Source: a virus (Duplodnaviria > Caudoviricetes). From it: a stretch of 64,000 nucleotides of DNA. The stretch covers positions 96,001 through 160,000 of the IMG/VR virus record IMGVR_UViG_3300001528_000425, one strand, 5' to 3'. The notes under the pieces were generated by a model that was not told the origin of the DNA, did not search any database, and worked only from the letters and a program-made list of their open reading frames with translations. The translations under genes were made by a program, and so were the position numbers. The first letter of the stretch is position 1, and each line of letters starts with the position of its first letter. Positions 57,678 through 64,000 of the stretch are shown piece by piece.

Positions 57678-58637
57678 TTAAGCGTACTGCCTCATAACAG
57701 CCTTGATGCCAGCCAACAGAACAGCATGCGCGGCGTTAAGAACCTTCGCGACAGCATTCAGCAGCTTTGCATTGAACATTGCTTTCTCCTTTTCCTCAGG
57801 AGTGAGCTCCTCATTGCCGATCTTCTTACCAGTCATGTCAAGGATGCCGTTCACTTGCTCATGCAATGCAAGCAGTTTCTTGGCAGCTGGTTCGAAGTCA
57901 GATTCCTTCCATCCTTCGTCGAACAGATCGGTATTCGCTCGTGCTCTGCCAGTCACTTGAACACCAGCTGCGAACAATGCCACCGGCAACAAAATACCAG
58001 TGACAGTAGTGGCCCCCAAAGTTATCGTAGTTGCGGTAGCGGAAGATACACCAACTCCCGCCACCCACAGAATATCGTCAATAGATAGACTTTTGTACTG
58101 ATAGGGAGTCCCTTCTACCTTGGTCCCTTTCACCTTGATACCCATCTTGTCGAGTACACTGATCAATCCGGAGGGATCGTATTTGGTCATATCCTGTTTC
58201 ACCGCCTTGCCGAGCTCGGAGCAGATCGCTTCCAGGTTCTTCACGCTGGTATCGAACTTGGACTTGGGAGGAAGTGCGTCGGAATACACAGCATCCTTGC
58301 CAGAGAACGTAGGCTTCTTGTTCAAGATGTCCTGAATTTGTGCAGCAGCTTTGTCGGAATTTCTGGAGAAGGTGAGTCCCTTCCACCAAGTGCCGTTAAA
58401 GATATCTGTTATCAGACCCTCTTGCGCAGCGACGATGGCACCTTCCAAGTTGTTCTGCCAACTGGCAGGATCATCTCCAAGAATCGGATGGATGAATTCA
58501 TCCCTCACCACGAACGGTACGCAGCCTTCAATGGCTTCGGATTCTGCCAGCATATTCCACCAACCTTCAAGTGCAACCAGCTGATCCAGATGGTTCATTT
58601 GGGGTTCCACAACTTGAGAAACAACGTTGAATCTCAT
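57678..58637 (-). CDS. Putative internal head protein, paralogue of 58794
   Basis: ALE/G and VAAQE/G propeptide sites. Confidence 0.6.
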   Translation of the reverse strand: MRFNVVSQVVEPQMNHLDQLVALEGWWNMLAESEAIEGCVPFVVRDEFIHPILGDDPASWQNNLEGAIVAAQEGLITDIFNGTWWKGLTFSRNSDKAAAQIQDILNKKPTFSGKDAVYSDALPPKSKFDTSVKNLEAICSELGKAVKQDMTKYDPSGLISVLDKMGIKVKGTKVEGTPYQYKSLSIDDILWVAGVGVSSATATTITLGATTVTGILLPVALFAAGVQVTGRARANTDLFDEGWKESDFEPAAKKLLALHEQVNGILDMTGKKIGNEELTPEEKEKAMFNAKLLNAVAKVLNAAHAVLLAGIKAVMRQYA

Positions 58638-58793
58638 TTATAACTCCTTGCAAATACGTTAACTTTTTGAGGTCACACACAACCCTTCATGTCTAACATG
58701 TTATGTAACATGTTAGACTAGTTACAGATAATTATATGTATGTGTGTGTGTCGTCTATCAACCAGAACCTCTTAAGACAAGGATTTCTCACAA

Positions 58794-59783
58794 ATGAAAT
58801 TCAATGCTTCGCAAGAACCCAAGAAACTCTCCGATGCGGAGTTCCTCGCCCTGTGCTTCGATCTTGAAGATCACATGGACTCCGCCGAAGATGCCCAGTT
58901 CGACAGCGCGGACCTCGCTCTGAACCTGACCGCTGCCCAGGAATCTTTCCAGGAAGGCGGTGTGATCGGCATGCTCGCCCAGTTCGATGGCAATCCGGAA
59001 CTTATGGCCGTGCTTGGCGATGATCCGACCCAGTACGAAGCCCGTCTCGGTGAACATGTTGTCGCCGCTCAGGAAGCGTTCCTGCAGGATGTGTTCCGCA
59101 ACAGTCTGCTCGGTGCCCTGCTGGCCCGCAAACGCAAGACTGCCGAATACCTCAAGGACGTCATTCCGACGGTCAAAGAGAAGATGGCGGCCGACAAAGA
59201 TCTCACCCAGAATCGCATCAGTGCCACTGGCGACCTCAGCTCCAAGCTGAACCCGGTTCGCTCGGCTTATCTGCCGAACTACAAAGATTTCGTTTCCATG
59301 GCGGCTGCGCTGAAGAAGCTTTTCGCCACTCTGAGCTCCAAAGCCGGCACGGTCGAAAATCTGACCACGGATGACTTCGCTGCGGCGCTGAACGGCTCTC
59401 CGTTCATGACTTACGGCAAACAGAAGAAAGCCGCTTCCGGCAACGACTGGGTGCTCACGGTCTTCGGCAGCACCTGGGGCCCGCTGTCCCGTCTGCTGTT
59501 CGACAAGAACAAGACCATCGCGCAGCGTGGTTGGGATGCCGACAAGCTGATCGCCGCTTGCGACACTGTTCTGGAACTGACCAAACTGATGGATCAGGCG
59601 GATGCCGTTGTCGCCAAGGTCAAGGGCGATGAGAAGTCCAAGGAACAGCTGAAGCTCTATGCCCGCGGCATGAAGTTCTTCTGCGAAGAGGCCGGCTACC
59701 TCGGCCGCGGTGTTGTCACCGCCGGACGTCAGGCCACCTCTGGTTTCATCAAGCGCGGTCTGGAAAAGATCGTCGACAAATAA
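58794..59783 (+). CDS. Putative abundant internal head protein
   Basis: ASQE, AAQE/S, VAAQE/A sites; very strong codon bias. Confidence 0.65.
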   Translation: MKFNASQEPKKLSDAEFLALCFDLEDHMDSAEDAQFDSADLALNLTAAQESFQEGGVIGMLAQFDGNPELMAVLGDDPTQYEARLGEHVVAAQEAFLQDVFRNSLLGALLARKRKTAEYLKDVIPTVKEKMAADKDLTQNRISATGDLSSKLNPVRSAYLPNYKDFVSMAAALKKLFATLSSKAGTVENLTTDDFAAALNGSPFMTYGKQKKAASGNDWVLTVFGSTWGPLSRLLFDKNKTIAQRGWDADKLIAACDTVLELTKLMDQADAVVAKVKGDEKSKEQLKLYARGMKFFCEEAGYLGRGVVTAGRQATSGFIKRGLEKIVDK

Positions 59784-59804
59784 GCCACAGCTTATCATCG
59801 AATA

Positions 59805-59842
59805 AGAAGAGAGTACTCCGGTGATCCGGAGTACTCTCTTCT
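59805..59842. terminator. Bidirectional terminator
   Basis: 17-bp inverted repeat. Confidence 0.8.
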
Positions 59843-59857
59843 CTTATATTGTTATAT

Positions 59858-60358
59858 TCATCGGACAGTTTTACTGAACTCTTCTATTCGTTGACCGTAT
59901 AACACACCGATCGTGATGATGGTGAGACATCCTTCTTGTACGGAGGTTGTGCTATAGTAACTTCCTGTCTTACCGTAGGGAATGGCGAGTTTGCTCCACC
60001 TGGATCGTTTGAACACTTCTGCGAAGGATGTAATCATATTGGACGACAGATGTGTTAAAAGTTTGTCCAGGAGGTTGATATCATTCCATACTTCGTCTGG
60101 TGGAGGTTCTCCTCCGATCACTCTCTTGAAGGAATGTATTCCTTGTACTACATCGGATTTTATTCCAAGTTGAATGACGAATTCAATCCCTATGGTTTCA
60201 TTAGGTTGGACGTATTCGTAGAGACCGTTACCCAGATCGTTCCAGGTCGCTTCTTCCAGATCATTTACGAAAGCATCTCTACCCACTATCTCCGCTAATG
60301 GCGAGTACCATATCTTCGGACAAGTGAGAACTCGTCTTGGTATTTTAACTGATTTCAT
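59858..60358 (-). CDS. Hypothetical protein
   Basis: GGGAG SD. Confidence 0.65.
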   Translation of the reverse strand: MKSVKIPRRVLTCPKIWYSPLAEIVGRDAFVNDLEEATWNDLGNGLYEYVQPNETIGIEFVIQLGIKSDVVQGIHSFKRVIGGEPPPDEVWNDINLLDKLLTHLSSNMITSFAEVFKRSRWSKLAIPYGKTGSYYSTTSVQEGCLTIITIGVLYGQRIEEFSKTVR

Positions 60359-60524
60359 TGTGAACTCCCAATTGTTTTGTTAGTATGAAATGATCAAATT
60401 ATGTGAAAAATAACTAGCTGTAGGCTATAAAGACTATGCTATACAGATATTATTTATATTGATCTGATGGACTATACACAGGTCGATAATCAGTCCATCT
60501 ACACCCATATAAGGAGAACAAAAA

Positions 60525-60938
60525 ATGGAAGCGTACAAGAATCTGACAGTCAAGTTGGGTGAAGTCATTCCGGTCACGAATCAGGAGCGGAAACCATCCG
60601 AAGCGGAAGTTTATCTGGCGATGCATGTGGAAGACGCGGACGCCAAAGGCGATCGTTGTGTTCTTTTCACGCAGAAGGAGTTCGATGCTCTGTCGATCAT
60701 CGACAGCAAGGACTTCGCTGATCTGCTGGCTCCTGGTCGTCTGTACAAGATGACTCGTCACGACGGACAGATCACCTACATCGTTCGTACTCGGGTGTAC
60801 TACCCGAACACCAAAGAGTGGTACATCGTGATCAAACGAATCTCTGAACACGCGCTGCGGAAAGCGGAAGCTCGTGCTGCCGCGAATCAGGAAGACCAGA
60901 CCAAGCGTAACTGGTTCAATCGATTGCTCGACCGGTAA
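60525..60938 (+). CDS. Hypothetical protein
   Basis: AAGGAG SD. Confidence 0.75.
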   Translation: MEAYKNLTVKLGEVIPVTNQERKPSEAEVYLAMHVEDADAKGDRCVLFTQKEFDALSIIDSKDFADLLAPGRLYKMTRHDGQITYIVRTRVYYPNTKEWYIVIKRISEHALRKAEARAAANQEDQTKRNWFNRLLDR

Positions 60939-60949
60939 AGGAGGTCTCC

Positions 60950-61804
60950 ATGAGTACTTCTGATAAACCGAATCGTGGGATCTATGTAGGGTTGTGCGGA
61001 GGAGGGTTCGCAGGTGTCGAATCTGCCATCGGTGCTTTGAAGGCCATGGATGAACTCGGTATCAAAGCCGACAAGATGGCAGGCGGATCGGCAGGCGCTC
61101 TGGTTGCCAGTCTATATGCCAGTTTCGATCTGAATGCCGAACGATTGGAACATCTGATCAAGACAGTGGATTCGGATACTTGGTTCAAGTTCAAACCTTG
61201 GCAACTGATCAAGTCGATCTTCGGAACCAGCAACTACTGTTACGATACTACTGGGTTATACCAGTTCTTGCAAGAGAACATGACTCCCAAGGCAACCGAG
61301 ATGGTTACAGTATCTGTGACTACTCTGCCCTGTTACGACAAAGAATTGCTTCCAGCTACTCCAGCACACACCTTGGCTTCCATGTCCATCCCGAAGGCTT
61401 GTCCTCCGGTACGATGGGATGGCAAACTCCATGCCGATGGCGGAGTTAAGGATCTTCTTCCAACACCAGACGGACATGAGATCGAAGAGTACGAACACAT
61501 CTATCTCGTTCTCTGCCCTGACACCAGTACCGGAGAAGTGAAAACGACTTGGAAGCTTCTCGGAGAACTGATCACTCTCCTGAATGCTGTGATGCAGCGT
61601 GAAGTAGACGAAATTCGTTCTACCTTCAAAACCTTTCCCAATGTGACAGTCATCGATCCTCCTGGAACGAGACTGTTCATCGATGGAGACAAGGATACCT
61701 TCTTATCAGGTGGATTACTCCAATGGTCGGATAACTTCGAACTGTTGGAGAGCACCTATCGTTACACCAAACACAAACTAACCACAGGAAAAGATGAACC
61801 GTGA
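60950..61804 (+). CDS. Patatin-like phospholipase
   Basis: GGGFAG, GGSAG nucleophile elbow, ASMSIP, DGG. Confidence 0.88.
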   Translation: MSTSDKPNRGIYVGLCGGGFAGVESAIGALKAMDELGIKADKMAGGSAGALVASLYASFDLNAERLEHLIKTVDSDTWFKFKPWQLIKSIFGTSNYCYDTTGLYQFLQENMTPKATEMVTVSVTTLPCYDKELLPATPAHTLASMSIPKACPPVRWDGKLHADGGVKDLLPTPDGHEIEEYEHIYLVLCPDTSTGEVKTTWKLLGELITLLNAVMQREVDEIRSTFKTFPNVTVIDPPGTRLFIDGDKDTFLSGGLLQWSDNFELLESTYRYTKHKLTTGKDEP

Positions 61805-61992
61805 AACGTCACATATTGATCATGATGACTTCTTTCGTGTTGGCGACTGGTGGAACTGGTTGTGTGGATAGTTCCATCATCCACGAAAGCAAGGATGATG
61901 AGTGGTTCGAACGACATGTTGATTATCAGCCTGCTCGTTCTGAAATACAACCGGATTTCACAGCTGAAGAGTCGGCACTGGAAGGTGAATGA
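61801..61992 (+). CDS. Small lipoprotein
   Basis: Signal peptide ending GTGC; GTGA coupling to the patatin gene. Confidence 0.6.
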   Translation: MKRHILIMMTSFVLATGGTGCVDSSIIHESKDDEWFERHVDYQPARSEIQPDFTAEESALEGE

Positions 61993-62222
61993 TGAAGTAT
62001 ATCATCTTCCTGTTGCTTTGTTTCACTATACTCGTATTGATGACAGGATGTCAAACGTACGAATACACCGAATACTACGACCCTCAAGTCAACGGTCAGA
62101 CGTTTGTCACTAAAGCCGGAGAGCTTGAGATATTCGGACCAGTGAAATCAAAGACAACTCAGAGTGGATACCGAGAATCCGATCTTGGCAACAATGCCAC
62201 GATCAAGGTTTCTGCTTTCTAA
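61989..62222 (+). CDS. Small lipoprotein
   Basis: Lipobox LMTGC; ATGA coupling; C-terminal Phe. Confidence 0.7.
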   Translation: MMKYIIFLLLCFTILVLMTGCQTYEYTEYYDPQVNGQTFVTKAGELEIFGPVKSKTTQSGYRESDLGNNATIKVSAF

Positions 62223-62240
62223 CAAAAAAAACAAAGGACC

Positions 62241-62277
62241 TAAGTAACAGGGACGCGTTTGGCGTCCCTGTTACTTA
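62241..62277. terminator. Bidirectional terminator
   Basis: 16-bp inverted repeat. Confidence 0.75.
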
Positions 62278-62433
62278 GTCTTCATCATCTTCGTCATCAC
62301 AATCCTCAAAAGGACCCTGTGATAACAGCTTCTTCAACCAATCGTACAACTCGAACATTGCGTAAATTCCGCCAAACAAGACAAGTACGATCATTATGGC
62401 CAATGTGAAAGATGCTCCATCAGGTTCATTCAT
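62275..62433 (-). CDS. 52-aa membrane peptide with acidic tail
   Basis: MNEPDGASFTLAIMIVLVLFGGIYAMF...DDEDDED. Confidence 0.55.
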   Translation of the reverse strand: MNEPDGASFTLAIMIVLVLFGGIYAMFELYDWLKKLLSQGPFEDCDDEDDED

Positions 62434-62474
62434 GATTGTTCTGTTAAATTCAAGTTATAATTCCATTTGAAAGA

Positions 62475-62506
62475 TCTAGGGTAGGAGGAAATCCTCCTAC
62501 CCTAGA
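62475..62506 (-). terminator. Hairpin terminator
   Basis: 14-bp inverted repeat. Confidence 0.7.
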
Positions 62507-62523
62507 TGGGTAAGTCATAGGAC

Positions 62524-63282
62524 TTACTTCACGATCGGGTTCCCGTTGTTCCAGTCGAGACCAGCGAACGGGTTATTCCCTTCCATCGGAGGACGAAAAT
62601 GATGTTCCTTACGTTCACGCGGAGTGCTGGACTTCTTCGGCGGTACAGTTGATTTGGATTTATCGAACTGTGCCCGCTTAGAAGGTTCGCGTTTACCGGA
62701 ACCCTCGGTGGGATGATCGTCGTCATGATGCGACTCATGACGAACATCTCGATGGTACCGGGCCAGACGTTCCTCCCTTGCTTCGGGAGATTCTTCGTGA
62801 TACTTGAATTCCAGGCAATTCGGGTTCTTGGTGAGCAATTCCAGGATCGCTTCACACATGTACCTGGTTTGTTTCTGATCCCGACAGAGTTGTCCCATCA
62901 GAGAGAGCACATAAGTCATCCCGTTCCGCCGTTCGAAGATATCGGTGAACGAAGGATCTTCGGTAGCATTGGTGTACCGGTCGCAGATGACTTTGAGCGC
63001 TTCCGTCAGTTCAGTGACAGTTTCCTGATTGAAGTCCCTGGCCCTGGCAGCGAATACAGGAAGTTTGGTCATCCAAAAGACCATCGCATCGCCTTCGTGA
63101 CGTTTGCTGTATCCTCGATGAGACATCGAGTAATTCACGATGGTGGCGATAGCCGCTGGATCGTAACCGGCGTCAGTGAGCCTGGCGGTACGTTCTGCAA
63201 CTTTTGCGGCGATGAACTCTTTGCGCTGTTTGACTTCTTCCGGGGTGAGTTGTTTCTTAGACTGAGATTTTGTCACTTCCAT
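62524..63282 (-). CDS. Hypothetical protein with disordered C-terminus
   Basis: AAAGGA SD before ATG at 63282. Confidence 0.7.
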   Translation of the reverse strand: MEVTKSQSKKQLTPEEVKQRKEFIAAKVAERTARLTDAGYDPAAIATIVNYSMSHRGYSKRHEGDAMVFWMTKLPVFAARARDFNQETVTELTEALKVICDRYTNATEDPSFTDIFERRNGMTYVLSLMGQLCRDQKQTRYMCEAILELLTKNPNCLEFKYHEESPEAREERLARYHRDVRHESHHDDDHPTEGSGKREPSKRAQFDKSKSTVPPKKSSTPRERKEHHFRPPMEGNNPFAGLDWNNGNPIVK

Positions 63283-63820
63283 TTTGGCCTGGTCCTTTTG
63301 ACTGTGGTGAGGGTCTACTCTTGATGAGATCCCTACGTTGTGTTCTGATTTGATCGTAGAATAATTCGCAAGCAGCTTGAAGATTCCGACACTGCATTTC
63401 GATCGTAGTGTCGCGAACCAATTCAAGCTCCTTAAGAATATCCGGTATTACCTCTGTAACTATGCGGAGGTGCGAATGATTGACGAGCTCCATCGGAAGT
63501 CTGCTACCCATGAATGGTGCAATCGTATCTAACGCTGCACTCGCGGTATGACAGAGCCGATCGGTTCGAATCATGAATATGGCGGACCGAACAACAGAAC
63601 CTTCCGGTAGTTGTACCACCTGTTGAAGAGTCATCCGTTCTGCAAGCATGAACAGAAGTGTGTTCTGAATCTGAACATCCGAAACATGTTTCTGCAACAG
63701 ATCAGATAAGATAACACCTTCTTCTCCTCGGAATGGTATCCCGATCATGCGATTGGGAGCTTCTCCTGGATCAGGAGAAGCTTTCGAGGGTTGTGGCTGT
63801 TCCTTCTTAAAAGGCCACAC
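63257..63820 (-). CDS. Hypothetical protein
   Basis: AAGGAGG SD, GTG start. Confidence 0.7.
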   Translation of the reverse strand: MWPFKKEQPQPSKASPDPGEAPNRMIGIPFRGEEGVILSDLLQKHVSDVQIQNTLLFMLAERMTLQQVVQLPEGSVVRSAIFMIRTDRLCHTASAALDTIAPFMGSRLPMELVNHSHLRIVTEVIPDILKELELVRDTTIEMQCRNLQAACELFYDQIRTQRRDLIKSRPSPQSKGPGQNGSDKISV

Positions 63821-63844
63821 TTAAACACCTCCTTGTTAGTAGTA

Positions 63845-64000
63845 TCAGTTGATGATGCCGGATTTATCGATGTCTCCTTTGACTCCGGCGAATTTGGTTG
63901 CAATGTCGACAGCTTCTGCTTCGGCGGTATGACCGAACCGATCCGCCTTGGTGTTGAGGACATCGATCAGAGATTCACTGATCGGTGAACCGCAGATGGC
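63845..64000 (-). CDS. 3' end of a gene entering from the right edge
   Basis: Open frame AICGSPISESL...KSGIIN-stop. Confidence 0.6.
   Translation of the reverse strand, partial: AICGSPISESLIDVLNTKADRFGHTAEAEAVDIATKFAGVKGDIDKSGIIN

Noticed and set aside
1-64000. Genome-wide TAG or TGA recoding
   Set aside because: Long genes are intact in the standard code and TAG ends several genes at sensible places (9226, 15122, 15680, 49927); the only tRNA has anticodon TTG.
1-64000. CRISPR array
   Set aside because: No regularly spaced direct repeats seen.

Overview
This is a 64-kb segment of a phiKZ-like jumbo phage genome. The assignment rests on a split virion RNA polymerase beta'-C subunit, a split family-B DNA polymerase, a GroEL-like chaperonin, head proteins with A/S-x-E propeptide sites, baseplate and tail-fibre genes, and phiKZ-type ATAnATTAC early promoters. 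The window also has RNase H, dUTPase, dNMP kinase, ThyX, a DHH phosphoesterase, a patatin, tRNA-Gln and about 20 long palindromic terminators. All assignments come from motifs read by eye; no searches were run. The most unusual signal is a ~400-nt structured RNA element present twice, 52 kb apart (2194-2607 and 54833-55227, minus strand, both downstream of early promoters). The copies have different terminal stems, an identical 15-mer UGAAAGCAAUUACCA, matching hairpins and an embedded 47/48-aa ORF (~55% identical) that the ORF track missed. Other highlights: three further large structured non-coding RNAs, a probable -1 programmed frameshift (T TTT TTC) joining two tail-chaperone-like ORFs, three consecutive tail-fibre cassettes each carrying a lesion, and a patatin plus two-lipoprotein module.
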